NCBI GenBank assembly: GCA_965237955.1
Contig: OZ250169.1
Location: 3,808,001-3,872,000, forward strand
Source: Candidatus Marinacidobacterales bacterium
Lineage (GTDB): Bacteria > Acidobacteriota > Vicinamibacteria > Marinacidobacterales > SMYC01
Reading direction: 5' to 3'
DNA length: 64,000 nucleotides
In this document: piece after piece, positions 51,150 to 61,120 of the stretch
How positions within the stretch are numbered: position 1 is the stretch's first letter
How the letters are laid out: every line of letters begins with the position of its first letter
Notes under the pieces: model-generated
Told to the model about the DNA's origin: nothing
Seen by the model: only the letters and a program-made list of their open reading frames with translations
The model's database searches: none
Translations under genes and position numbers: made by a program

Positions 51150-52699
51150 CGGGACTCTCCTCCTTCGTAGTGATCCGCGCCTCGGATGTTCTCGTGCTCC
51201 TCTCGCGGTTTCGCTTCGGCGTCCGATTCGAGCACCACACGATCCAGACCAGCCGAGAGAATGTTTTTCACCGTGCGATAGCTGTAAGAGCTCAAAGCTT
51301 CCGCTCGTGCGCAAGCGGCCTCGAGACGCTCACTGCCCCAGCGGCTGCCTAGTCGCATGACTCCCAGGCAAGAGCGAAATCCCTGCTCCGGGTGAGGACG
51401 ACTCTCTAGAATCCCCGCAACCAGCCTTCCCGTGGCGCGACCTGACTGCTCCGCCCAGTGGAGCAGCCGCGACGGCGTCCACTCCAGGTGCTCCCGATGC
51501 GAACGTGGCATATGCTCCGGGTTCGTGGAGTAGTGCCCCTTTCCTTTCTTGCGGGGATGCGACGCGACGCGCTTTCCCTTGAACAGGACCTCCACCACCG
51601 AGGCCGTCACCCGTGCCTCGACTTTCTCGTGAATGAGCTGATAGGGAACGCTGTACAAGTTGTTCTCCACCTCCACGTGGTAGTCGATGTTCACTCTGCA
51701 CCGCTTCCACGTCGATAACTCGTAGCTCTCCTGCGGTAGCGGTTTCAGTACGGGCCGGTCTAGCCTTTCGTACAACTCCCGCCGACTCACACCGAGCTTC
51801 TGCATCGGACGCGCATTCAGGACCTCTAACTTCTCCCAGATGGCTTCGTTCAGTTCCGCCAGGCTGAAGAACGTGCGATGACGAAGCACCGCCAGGATCC
51901 AGCGCTGCGCCACCTGCACTGCCGACTCCACCTTCGCTTTGTCTTTCGGCTTGAACACCCGAGCCGGGACCACAACCGCACCGTAATGCGTCGCCAGCTC
52001 TTCGTACGTCCGGTTGATCCCTGGCTCGTAACGGTCCACCAAATCCACGCCGCTCTTCAAGTTGTCCGGAACCCAGATCTCCGTACTGCCACCGAAGTAA
52101 TCCGACATCCCCTTATGGGCCTTCGCCCACGATTCCAGCGACTGGTTCAGTGTCGCTTCGACGTAGGTGTAACTGCTCGCGCCCAACGTCCCGACGAACA
52201 GCTCCATTTCGACGAGCTCTCCCGTTTTCGGATCGACGATGTGAGGCTTCTTCCCCGAAAAATCGACGAATGTCTTCTCGCCTGCTCGATGCCGTTGACG
52301 CATCGTCGGGTTCAGCTTCTTCTTCCACTGACCGTACAGCTCGCAATAACGGCTGTAGCCGTACGCTCCCGGCTTATTCTCCGCGTACTCCACCCACAGC
52401 TGCAGCAACGTCAGCTCTCGGTGACGCCTCAGCTCCTCGTGGATGTGGGCATAGTCCAGACCCGGCCGTGCGCCAGACGAGCCCGGCGGCGGAAACAGCC
52501 CTGCCTCCAGCTCCCCTTCGCTCAGCTCCTCCGGGAGCGGCCAGCTCAGACCACCCTTCTTCGCCTTGGCCAGGTACTCACTCACCGTTCCAACCGCCAC
52601 GCGAAGTGCCTTTGCGATCATGCGGTGAGTAAAACCCAGCTCGTACTTTAACCTTAGAACCTCTCGTATTTTTCTCATCGATAACCTCTTAGCTGCCAT
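51143..52699 (-). CDS. istA: IS21 transposase
   Basis: MRKIREVLRL HTH, MRQRHRAGEKTFVDFSG, VPDNLKSGV, KPKDKAKVE and VNIDYHV. Confidence 0.95.
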   Translation of the reverse strand: MAAKRLSMRKIREVLRLKYELGFTHRMIAKALRVAVGTVSEYLAKAKKGGLSWPLPEELSEGELEAGLFPPPGSSGARPGLDYAHIHEELRRHRELTLLQLWVEYAENKPGAYGYSRYCELYGQWKKKLNPTMRQRHRAGEKTFVDFSGKKPHIVDPKTGELVEMELFVGTLGASSYTYVEATLNQSLESWAKAHKGMSDYFGGSTEIWVPDNLKSGVDLVDRYEPGINRTYEELATHYGAVVVPARVFKPKDKAKVESAVQVAQRWILAVLRHRTFFSLAELNEAIWEKLEVLNARPMQKLGVSRRELYERLDRPVLKPLPQESYELSTWKRCRVNIDYHVEVENNLYSVPYQLIHEKVEARVTASVVEVLFKGKRVASHPRKKGKGHYSTNPEHMPRSHREHLEWTPSRLLHWAEQSGRATGRLVAGILESRPHPEQGFRSCLGVMRLGSRWGSERLEAACARAEALSSYSYRTVKNILSAGLDRVVLESDAEAKPREEHENIRGADHYEGGESRC

Positions 52700-52761
52700 T
52701 TCCTAGATCGTCCTCCTTCCGGGTACGACCTAGAGTTGCCTTGAAACGTGCTATCGATGAG

Positions 52762-52915
52762 CGTTCGCGATGCCGGAACCGGCGTTCACGTTGCCTGGAA
52801 TCCGTGTTCACCTTCCCCGGAATCGATGTTCACGATCCCCGGAATCCGTGTTCACGATGCTTTGGAATGGATGTTCACCTTCGGCTGGAATCTGCGTTCA
52901 CGATGCCCCGGAATA
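52762..52915. repeat. Seven ~22-bp imperfect tandem repeats at the IS21 end (transposase-binding sites)
   Basis: GTTC(A/G)C..T....GGAA(T/C) units without unique spacers. Confidence 0.75.
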
Positions 52916-53835
52916 CGCACTCAACCTGTCCTGCCCATGAGCTTGGGCCAGCCCGAGCGACAAACCCACGACTACATTCGGCATGGAACGACTGACCTGT
53001 TTGCCGCACTCGACGCCGCAACAGGTGAAGTCTTCGGAAAGTGCTACGCGCGACATCGAGCGCTAGAGTTCAAGAAGTTCCTCGCTGAGATCGAAGCAGC
53101 CGTTCCCAGCGAGTTGGACATCCACGTCGTGCTCGACAATCTCGCCACGCACAAGACACCGGCGATCAAACGCTGGCTTTCCAAGCGACCTCGGTTCCAC
53201 TTTCACTTCACACCGACACACGCCTCTTGGCTCAACTTCGCTGAGCGCTTCTTTGGCTTGCTCACCGAACACGCCTTGCGACGAGGCTCGCACACGAGCG
53301 TGCCTCAGCTCCGCGTTGCGATACAAGACTATCTCGATGCTCACAACGAGAACCCAAAGCCGTTCAAGTGGACGAAATCCGCCGACCAAATCCTCGAAAC
53401 CATCGCTCGGTTCGCCCAGCGAACGCTCATACACATGGCAAATCGAATTTGGACAGTAATTAAAGATCCAGGGGACTAGCGGTATAAGTCCCTAAAATAA
53501 ATGGGAAGGGCGCAGCGCCGGTTAACACCGGGGTAACGTTGGACGGACGGTCCCGTGGAGCGATGCCGAGGAGAGATCCGGGATTCAGAGACGACTTCTG
53601 AGACGAAGGAGACGAGCCGAAGGCGCGGCTCGCGCTGGAAATCTCGCTGGTTGAGCGTGACCGCAGGGACGTCTTCGTACAAACGGCCGTGGCGCAATGC
53701 AGACGTCGGCGACAAGGATGGGATGCTCCGCAAAACCCTGATGGCGAATGGAGGCCCAGGTCTCGCATGGTGGTTCATTTAGGGGTGATCCGTGCGCGAC
53801 GACGTGCGACAATCCAACTTGAGCGAGACGAGAAC

Positions 53836-54135
53836 ATGAAACGGCCCACACGAGACGAGATATTGGACGCGCTCGCTTCACACCGCTCTCTGTTTGAACG
53901 GTACGGGGTTAGTGCCGTCTCCCTTTTTGGCTCGGTCGCTCGGGGAGAGCCAACCGAGGTGAGTGATATTGACCTTTTGGTCGAATTTTCACGACCTATC
54001 GGGCTCCTGAAGTTTGTCGAGCTAAAGCGGATTCTGGAAGAGGTTTTTGGCCGATCCGTGGATATGGTGACACCGAAGGCTCTCAAGCCTCAGCTCCGTG
54101 ATCGGATCCTGAAAGAAGCGGTCCGTGCCGCCTAG
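53836..54135 (+). CDS. MNT-type minimal nucleotidyltransferase antitoxin
   Basis: LFGSVARGE....SDIDLLVEF; LEEVFGRSVDMV. Confidence 0.9.
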   Translation: MKRPTRDEILDALASHRSLFERYGVSAVSLFGSVARGEPTEVSDIDLLVEFSRPIGLLKFVELKRILEEVFGRSVDMVTPKALKPQLRDRILKEAVRAA

Positions 54136-54225
54136 AGCCTGGCGCCTTCGAATCGAGGACATGCTCGACGCTATACGAGCGATCGAGGAGTTTGTCGAGG
54201 GACTGGATTTCGAGGCTTTCTGGAA
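54125..54225 (+). pseudogene. HEPN (DUF86/HepT) toxin, truncated
   Basis: WRLRIEDMLDAIRAIEEFVEGLDFEAF then unrelated sequence; no RxxxxH motif. Confidence 0.75.
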
Positions 54226-54354
54226 ACGACCAATTAAGCGTCCCCCCCGGGGGACCCGTCAAAGATGCCCGCGCGCGTCGCGTAAAGCTCGGATGCGCAA
54301 GTTGCACACGCTTCCTGCAAAATGGTGGAACGTAACGGGCTGGAAGCGGCGCTG

Positions 54355-54591
54355 TCAGGATGCTTCGAGCAGCGACGCTTCTACCTCATCGGGCACATCG
54401 ATGGGCACGAACCAGTCGGCCGGGTATAGGTAGTCCTCGCCGCTTTCATCGATGATACGAATGTCGCTTTCCTTCTCAGCTTCGGCGTCAGGAAGAACGG
54501 CATAGATTTTGTGCAGTTCTAGCGAAGCTTCGTAGCCGGTGTTTCGGACACAGACGGTAAACACTCGGTTGGCTTCGCTAGTTTTGGTCAT
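54355..54591 (-). CDS. Small acidic hypothetical protein (putative antitoxin/immunity)
   Basis: 78 aa; SLELHKIY...IRIIDESGEDYLYPA motif. Confidence 0.7.
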   Translation of the reverse strand: MTKTSEANRVFTVCVRNTGYEASLELHKIYAVLPDAEAEKESDIRIIDESGEDYLYPADWFVPIDVPDEVEASLLEAS

Positions 54592-54597
54592 TGTTCC

Positions 54598-54831
54598 TCA
54601 ATCAACATACCGTTTGCGCTTGAACTCCATTTTACCGATTCCGTGCGCTTCGTAACAGTGCAGCTCGGCTTTGCGTACTCGCCCACTTCTAAGCCGAACG
54701 AGCGCGAAGCCCTTCATCTTGCGCCAGTGACCCCGACTGTAGAGCTTTTGGAGGCGGCGGAGATCACGAATCGCTGAACCAATCGCGATCGTCTCGATGT
54801 CGGTGATTTCACCCAGTAATTCGAAGTTCAT
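54598..54831 (-). CDS. Small basic hypothetical protein (putative toxin)
   Basis: 77 aa; IETIA.G..IRDL.RL...Y..G.WRKMKG...AELHCYEAHGIGKMEFK. Confidence 0.7.
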   Translation of the reverse strand: MNFELLGEITDIETIAIGSAIRDLRRLQKLYSRGHWRKMKGFALVRLRSGRVRKAELHCYEAHGIGKMEFKRKRYVD

Positions 54832-55211
54832 CCAAAACCGTTGTCGTTCCGAGGGCGCTGGCTACAGCCCGACAGAGCCGAATGTAATTATAGATGAGCA
54901 ACTGGCCGACCGGAGTCGAGTTTTTGAACTTTCGGATGTCGTTTGGAATCTCGAGGTGATCGGAGAGGACGGCAGGTTACGCACAGAAGATGAGACAAGA
55001 CTCCGCGTACGAGCCGGAGGTCTCACTTACTTAGAACGGAGTTTTGCAGAGGAAAAACCACACTGGCAACACAGGTAACGCCAGGGTAGCAAACCCGGTG
55101 ATGAGTCAGTCGGCATTTCTCGGCTGGAGAGCAGGAGCATTCGGGCCGACCTGACGCAAGCCAGACTTCAATCGTGGCGTCCCGGGCCAATCGGGTCTAA
55201 GATCAAGATTG

Positions 55212-55442
55212 ATGGAGTTCCAACGCATCACTGTCGACCCGGCTCAAATGGGAGGAGTCCCTTGCATACGTGGCCTCCGGATCCCTGTGGCTACAGTCGT
55301 GAGCATGGTTGCGGATGGGATGACGGAGGCCGAGATTCTGGAAGCCTACCCAGATTTGGAGGTCCCTGATATTCGCGAGGCACTCCAGTTCGCCGCCGAA
55401 GCCGTTCGCGAGCGGGAGCTCCCGCTATCTCGCGTAAGGTGA
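55212..55442 (+). CDS. DUF433 antitoxin
   Basis: [22 protein letters not shown]...YPDL...DIREAL. Confidence 0.9.
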   Translation: MEFQRITVDPAQMGGVPCIRGLRIPVATVVSMVADGMTEAEILEAYPDLEVPDIREALQFAAEAVRERELPLSRVR

Positions 55443-55825
55443 AATTTCTCGTCGACAACGCCCTATCTCCCCAGCTCGCTCTTATACTCCGCGAACACGG
55501 CCACGACGCTGTACATGTTCGAGACTACGACATGCAGGCTGCGGACGACCAACCGATTTTCGAGCGTGCCGCCAATGAGGATCGTGTGGTGCTTTCGGCG
55601 GACACCGATTTTGGCGCGCTTCTGGCGGCTTGAGGGTCTGCGAAACCGTCCGTAGCTCCATTTCGAGGAAGGATGTCCCGCCGGCCCGAGTTTCTCGCCA
55701 ATCTGCTTCTTTCTCAGCTGGCCGCACTCGAGCGGTTTCTAATCAAAGGGGCCATCGTAGTCATCGAACCGACGCGCATCCGTGTGCGGGACCTCCCGAT
55801 CGGACAAAGCAGCGTGGACCTCTGA
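55439..55825 (+). pseudogene. DUF5615 PIN-like toxin with in-frame TGA at 55631
   Basis: [10 protein letters not shown]...[23 protein letters not shown]...GAIVVIEPTRIRVRDLP. Confidence 0.85.
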
Positions 55826-56056
55826 CCGGCTACCCAACCGAGACGGACGGACCGGTGTTCCGAGACCACTTATTTAAAACTAAAATGAGAAAGGCGCAGC
55901 GCCGGGTAACACTGAGGCAACAGAGTTAGCTTGCTAGGAGCGCTGCCCGCTACGCATACGCTTCAGGATGGCATCAATTAGCCGCGAAAGCCTCACCTTC
56001 AGCGAAAGGGGGCGGGACCACAGTTGCGGGGATCGCGTACCTCTAGCCGGCTCGGA

Positions 56057-56410
56057 TCAGCTCCTGGGGCGAATACGTATCATGCCGGGACTCACGACGC
56101 TGAAAGCGTCCGTGAGCTCGGCTTCGTGCTCGATGATGGCTGTGGACACTCTCACAACCTTCTGTTTTGCCGCCATTCCCGATAATCTTAGGAGCACGAC
56201 TCCCTTGGTGAGACGACCCAGCCGAAACACGAGCTCGCCAAAATCCTTGTCAGCCGTCAGTAGGAGAGCATCATGCTGATTTGCGGCCTCGAGCACTTCG
56301 TCATCGTTGATGCCGGGAGCCAACTCTGCGATATAGAGCACGTCGTGCCCGTCGTCACGGAGGCGTGCGACGATTTGCTGGTCAACGCTTTCGTCGACCA
56401 GGATGTTCAT
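56057..56410 (-). CDS. DUF5615 PIN-like toxin
   Basis: ILVDESV, GHDV, DDEVL, LLTADKDFGEL and GVVLLRL motifs. Confidence 0.9.
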   Translation of the reverse strand: MNILVDESVDQQIVARLRDDGHDVLYIAELAPGINDDEVLEAANQHDALLLTADKDFGELVFRLGRLTKGVVLLRLSGMAAKQKVVRVSTAIIEHEAELTDAFSVVSPGMIRIRPRS

Positions 56411-56640
56411 CAGCCCATTGGCTTTAGAGGGTAGACGACGTCTGCCTTCAGTGACTTCGACGCGAAGGCGAGGGCGGCCTTTATACCTTCCGGGGTGAGA
56501 CGCGGATGGGCCTGCAGCAATTGCTCGATGGTTTCTCCTGCCGCGAGTTTGTCTAGAATGAGCTCGACGGTGATGCGAGTTCCAGCAACTACCGGCTTAC
56601 CCATCATGACGGCTGGATCGGATTGAATCAGCTCTGACAT
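56410..56640 (-). CDS. DUF433 antitoxin
   Basis: DPAVMMGKPVVAGTRITVELIL...HPRLT. Confidence 0.9.
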   Translation of the reverse strand: MSELIQSDPAVMMGKPVVAGTRITVELILDKLAAGETIEQLLQAHPRLTPEGIKAALAFASKSLKADVVYPLKPMG

Positions 56641-56893
56641 GTCTCACCTGTGACCCATTGTAGCAGAGCGAAGATGTGCAGGGTGAATCGCAGCAATGTC
56701 GAAGCCCACTCCCTTAAAAAAAACTCAGCTGCAGAGGGGTCCTGTGACGGGCGAGCAACACTGATGAGACCCTTGAACCGGAGTCCGATTTGAGCGTTTC
56801 GGCAGATAGCAACAATGCGTGCCCGTCAGCCGCCCGTTCCAAGACTTCTCCTTCTGGGTCTGGACGCGCCCGTTTTAATCGACACCGCACTAG

Positions 56894-58587
56894 CTAGTAC
56901 CCGTCCTGAAGCCTGTAAGGGATTGAGAAAAAAGGAGAAATCGCAAATTTAGGGCTAGTCTTCTGAGGGGGTGTCGATTAGGACCGTGTCGTTGAAAACA
57001 TCCGATTCTAAATGACTTAACTCCAAAGGAGACCAGCCCTAAATGCGAAAAACGATCAACCCACAGCCAAATCTACGTGAGCCCTGGCTGGAGCTGGAGC
57101 ACGCACGCGAACTCGAAACGATCTCGTCGCTGCTCGATGCCCATCCTAAGCTCAATGAGCTGGTACTGCAAGACCTGAAGTCGGTCACCCCATCGGCAGG
57201 GAGCGATGTTGGTCGTGGGGGAATGAGCGCGGAGCAGGTTCTCCGGGCGTTGTTGGTCAAGCAGCTGAATCAGTTCAGCTATCGAGAGCTGGCGTTTCAC
57301 TTGGCAGACTCTCGAAGCTATCGGACGTTTTGCCAGCTCGGCATCATAGAGCCGACCCCGTCGAAGTCGACCCTAGCAGCAAACATCAAAGCCGTGAAGT
57401 TCGAAACGCTGGAGCAGATCAACCGAGAGCTGGTGAGCGTTGCCGAGGATGCTGGGATCGAAAAGGGAAGAAAAGTACGAGTGGACTGCACGGTAGTGGA
57501 ATCAAACATTCATCCGCCTACAGACTCCGAGCTTCTTTATGACTGTGTTCGGGTTCTCACTCGCCTGATGTGCGGAGCTCGCGAACTGCTGGGTACAGTA
57601 GTGGTCTTCGGCAATCGAACGCGTCGAGCGAAGAGACGTCGACTGGGAGTTCTGAACGCGAAGGATAAGCAACAAAGGCGTCGCGTCTATCGAGATCTAC
57701 TGAAGGTGACGGAAGAAACCTATCGCTCCGCTCAACGCGTTGCAGAACAGTTGGAAGAGTCGGGCTTGACCGAGCCTGTGAAGCGAGCGAGTACGGAGAG
57801 GATCGCCGCGGATTTTGAGCACTTTCTCGTCCTCACCAAGAAAGTCATCAACCAAACCCAACGCCGAGTGATCGACGAAGAGCGTGTGCCTGCAGAGGAA
57901 AAGGTCGTTTCTGTCTTCGAAGAACACACCGACATTATTCGCAAAGACCGGCGCGAGACCCTCTACGGTCACAAGGTGTGTCTGACTGGTGGTTCGTCCT
58001 CGATGATTTTGGATTGCGTGATCTTGGATGGGAATCCGGCCGATTCAACTCTCGCGGAAACCATGATCGACCGTCTAGTCGAACTCTACGAGCGGGCCCC
58101 GCGCCAGGTCGCCTACGATGGCGCGTTTTCTTCAAAGGCAAACTTGGAAGCCATCAAAGGCAAGGGAGTTGAAGATGTTGCCTTTACCAAGGCTCAAGGT
58201 TTCGCCGTGACCGATATGGTCAAGAGTTCCTGGGTCTATCAACGCCTGCGGCGATTTCGCTGCGGGATCGAAGGCGTCATTTCGTTCTTGAAACGAGTCT
58301 TTGGTCTCGACCGATGCACATGGCGCTCATTGCCTTCTTTTAAATCGTACGTATGGGGTTCCATCATCACCTGCAATCTACTGGTGATGGCGAGACATCT
58401 ATTAAGATAATAACTATTACTCTTCCGCTCCCATAGCCTTGGATTCCTGACGATTCGCCTCTCGTTTCGTCCAAGATTTTCATTCGCTCTCAACCCTACG
58501 AAGTTCCCTACCGAAACCGTATAATACCCACATCTTCGGTAGGCCTGTCGCACACCACAAGTTATGGTGTTTCTGGACAGGAACTAG
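56894..58587 (+). mobile_element. ISNCY/IS5-like insertion sequence
   Basis: CTAG-bounded imperfect IRs CTAGTACCCGTCCTGAAGC / GTTTCTGGACAGGAACTAG. Confidence 0.8.
57043..58410 (+). CDS. ISNCY-family transposase
   Basis: GRGGMSAEQVLR, SYRELAFHLADS, RVDCTVVESNIHPPTDS, GNPADS, AYDGAF and FRCGIEGVISFLKR. Confidence 0.88.
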   Translation: MRKTINPQPNLREPWLELEHARELETISSLLDAHPKLNELVLQDLKSVTPSAGSDVGRGGMSAEQVLRALLVKQLNQFSYRELAFHLADSRSYRTFCQLGIIEPTPSKSTLAANIKAVKFETLEQINRELVSVAEDAGIEKGRKVRVDCTVVESNIHPPTDSELLYDCVRVLTRLMCGARELLGTVVVFGNRTRRAKRRRLGVLNAKDKQQRRRVYRDLLKVTEETYRSAQRVAEQLEESGLTEPVKRASTERIAADFEHFLVLTKKVINQTQRRVIDEERVPAEEKVVSVFEEHTDIIRKDRRETLYGHKVCLTGGSSSMILDCVILDGNPADSTLAETMIDRLVELYERAPRQVAYDGAFSSKANLEAIKGKGVEDVAFTKAQGFAVTDMVKSSWVYQRLRRFRCGIEGVISFLKRVFGLDRCTWRSLPSFKSYVWGSIITCNLLVMARHLLR

Positions 58588-58841
58588 CTAAGCTAGCTAG
58601 CCGGGCAATGCGTGCAGACAAGGGGCGTCCCAATTGATTGTCGTGGACGCGACCCTGTGTTTCCTCCGACACCTTGGCTTCGTTAAGGTAATGAAGAAGA
58701 GCTGGAGCGTTGTGAGCGTTAAGTTGAGAATTCCAGGAGATATTCTCGAGGCCGCTGGCCTAACAGAGCAGGAGTGTTACATCTTCGTGCTTTCACGGTG
58801 AAACCGACTTCCTGCAATCGCAGGTGGATCCAAGGTACAGT

Positions 58842-59885
58842 TCAGCTTTCGCGTTTGTGCCAGCGTGCGCCGGGACCTTTTCCCTTTACTCCGATTAAGC
58901 CTTCATCGCGCATTCGCTCCAGAACCCGGCGAATCGTGGGCCTGCTCACGCCCGGGCATTCCTTTGCGAGCTCCGAGATCGAAAACGGAAGCACCCGATT
59001 CTCCACGACACTGCGAACCATATCGGCCTTCGCCCTTCGGCCCTTCGCGATCCTACCGACGCGCGCTTCGAACTCGCCGTGCGCGCGAAGGAGAACTCCC
59101 CAAAAATAGCGAAGCCACGGCATGACATCGTGCTTCTCCTCGTGCCAGCCGCGCGAGCTTTTTTCTAGGGACTCGTAATAGGTTTCCTTCGTTTCTTCGA
59201 AGATTCGCTCAAGGCTGATGTAGCGCCCGACACTGTACCCAGCGTGGTAGAGGAGAAGAAGTGTCAGCAGCCGAGCGACTCGACCGTTTCCGTCGGTGAA
59301 CGGGTGAATACATAGGAAGTCGAGCACAGCGAGCGGCACGAGCGTGAGAGCGTCATGCTCGGGGATCGCCTCATCGTAGTCCTTGACGAGCGTTTGCATT
59401 GCTCCTGGTGTCGCGGCGGCGCTCAGCGCCTGAAAGCGCACCGACGTTTCGCCAGTGACCGCATCGCGCCGGGTAATGACTGTCTGTTGCCTTGAACTCA
59501 CCACCCGGGTTCGGCAGGTATCGGAAGACGTTAGCGTGCAGTTGCCGGACCACACCAACGGTAATCAGGATCCCTTCATGAGATTCGTGGATGAGGGTAG
59601 GGCATCCCGGTAGCCAGCGATCTCTTGCTCCGACCGATTCCTCGGGACGGTCGATTTGAGAACGAGCTCTTCGATCCGCTTCTTGGGCGCCGTAATGCCC
59701 TCGATGCGGTTCGAGGATTCCGTAGATTCGATCGTCGCGAGGGTCCTCAGGGACTCGAGGACCTCTGGGCTTTTTCGGGAATACAGCGCCTGCCGCCCCT
59801 TGACTTCGCCAAGAGCGCGGAGAGTTGCTGCGTCGGCGCCGGAGTACTGGATCCCCGCTAAGAATCTAGGACTCAGAGACCGCAT
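58842..59885 (-). pseudogene. Fic-family protein with C-terminal wHTH, frameshifted around 59480-59600
   Basis: IESTESSNRIEGI, EQEIAGYRDAL and FLCIHPFTDGNGRVARLL (Fic motif); CPGVSRPTIRRVL...GKGPGARW. Confidence 0.87.
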
Positions 59886-60168
59886 AATAGCGATTAAATC
59901 GTACCGAAATGATCGCCTTTCGTCGAGGATGATCGCCATTCTGAAGGTCTAGTGACGATCATTTGCCCTGCAACGATCGCTATTCCTGACGAGCATCGCG
60001 ATTCCCTGGCCAAGACAGTTACAGAAGACTAAATAAAAATGTGAATCTTTCAACAAAGGAGCCGTTCAAAAGCGACCAGAACTACAACGTTTTGTTCGCG
60101 GAGCGTAATGGCTCAGCCATCAAAGGACCGGTTTTGAAACACGTGTGCAGACTAGTCAGATGCCGGAA

Positions 60169-60768
60169 ATGACCGACGACCTGGCTCGCGTCATCCTGCT
60201 TGTCGGCTTCGCGCTGGTGGTGCCGGTCGGAATATACCACCGGTTGCGATCTCGCACCGACGAAAGACTTGATCGCCGCCAAGAGGGGTGGCTGATCCTG
60301 CTGACCCTCCGCCCGTTGGCTTTGGCCTTCATGGCGGGCTTGGTGGCATTCCTTATCGAGCCAAGCTGGATGGCATGGGCGTCGTTTCACCTACCAAACT
60401 TGGCGCGGTGGACGGGCGCCGTTTTTGGTGTCATCGCTGGCGGGCTTCTTATCTGGACATTCCGCAGCCTCGGTCACAATCTTACCGACACGGTGGTCAC
60501 GCGACGCAATGCCATTCTGGTAACCCACGGTCCATATCGCTGGGTGCGGCATCCCTTCTACTTAGCTTTTGCCATGGCGGTGATCGCGAACACGCTGATC
60601 ACGGCCAGCGGGTTTTTGGCCATAACCGGGACGGCGGCTTTCCTCGCGATTGTTGCCCGCACATCCATCGAGGAGAAGAAACTAATCGACCGTTTTGGCC
60701 GCGACTATGTGAGCTACATGCGGCGCACGGGCCGTTTTCTGCCGCGGATTCGCCGAGGATCCACCTGA
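60169..60768 (+). CDS. Isoprenylcysteine carboxyl methyltransferase (ICMT/PEMT) family membrane protein
   Basis: LVTHGPYRWVRHPFY and EEKKLIDRFG.DY..Y...TGRFLP motifs. Confidence 0.88.
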   Translation: MTDDLARVILLVGFALVVPVGIYHRLRSRTDERLDRRQEGWLILLTLRPLALAFMAGLVAFLIEPSWMAWASFHLPNLARWTGAVFGVIAGGLLIWTFRSLGHNLTDTVVTRRNAILVTHGPYRWVRHPFYLAFAMAVIANTLITASGFLAITGTAAFLAIVARTSIEEKKLIDRFGRDYVSYMRRTGRFLPRIRRGST

Positions 60769-60993
60769 TTTGGCATCAATTGCTCACCGACCAGCGGCAA
60801 AGTAACGCGTGCGCGTACGAAGCAGCAAAGCGTTCGAGCGACACTCTTCAACGAATCGGGGAGCTGGCCGACCTACAACGGGAGACCAATCGCCTGGCGC
60901 AAACCCCAATCTCCTCCGACTGAACCTTGAAGAAAGGAAGGCGAAAGGACTTCGAAAAGACCCTTCCTGGTTTGCTCAGGTTTAAGCGCACAC

Positions 60994-61120
60994 TTTTCAC
61001 TGTTTATATATTTTCAGCATGCGCTGGAAATAGTCTCAGAGTGAAAAAAGGTTTCAAACGACATATTTTCATTGTCCAGTTATTTTCAACAAACGCTGAA
61101 AAAGGTAAAAACAGTGAAAA
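60994..61120 (+). promoter_or_regulatory. Two tandem ~54-bp imperfect palindromes, probable AbiEi autoregulatory operators
   Basis: TTTTCAC...TTTTCAGC..GCTGGAAA...GTGAAAA (60994-61047) and TTTTCAT...TTTTCAAC..GCTGAAAA...GTGAAAA (61066-61120). Confidence 0.6.

Larger units (their letters stand above)
49977..52919 (-). mobile_element. IS21-family element
   Basis: TGCGTATTCC...GGAATACGCA IRs, 7-bp TSD CTCAACC, and istA-istB genes. Confidence 0.93.
49342..53479 (+). mobile_element. IS630-family element; transposase (49402-49976 plus 52927-53479) interrupted by IS21
   Basis: CTAG-flanked ends; RAKIVL, THWSTRSMA, LCVDEKSQIQALERAQP|[20 protein letters not shown] and [11 protein letters not shown]. 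Confidence 0.92.
48980..53492. mobile_element. IS1595-like (ISNwi1-type ends) non-autonomous element, ~375 bp before IS630/IS21 inserted
   Basis: Ends GGGACTTATACC-N4-GCTTGACA / TGTCAAGC-N4-GGTATAAGTCCC (right IR split by IS630); 8-bp TSD TAAAATAA at 48972-48979 and 53493-53500. Confidence 0.7.

Noticed and set aside
52762-52915. CRISPR-like array
   Set aside because: The units are abutting degenerate ~22-mers with no unique spacers, lie inside the IS21 terminus, and there are no cas genes in the window.
55085-55170. c-di-GMP-I riboswitch-like words (GCAAAC...GACGCAAGCC)
   Set aside because: The spacing and P2/P3 stems do not fit the motif; a covariance-model search would be needed.
53500-60100. 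Integron cassette array or pdif modules
   Set aside because: No intI gene, no convincing paired RYYYAAC/GTTRRRY attC stems, and no XerC-like arm next to the TTACTTAAAAT motif.
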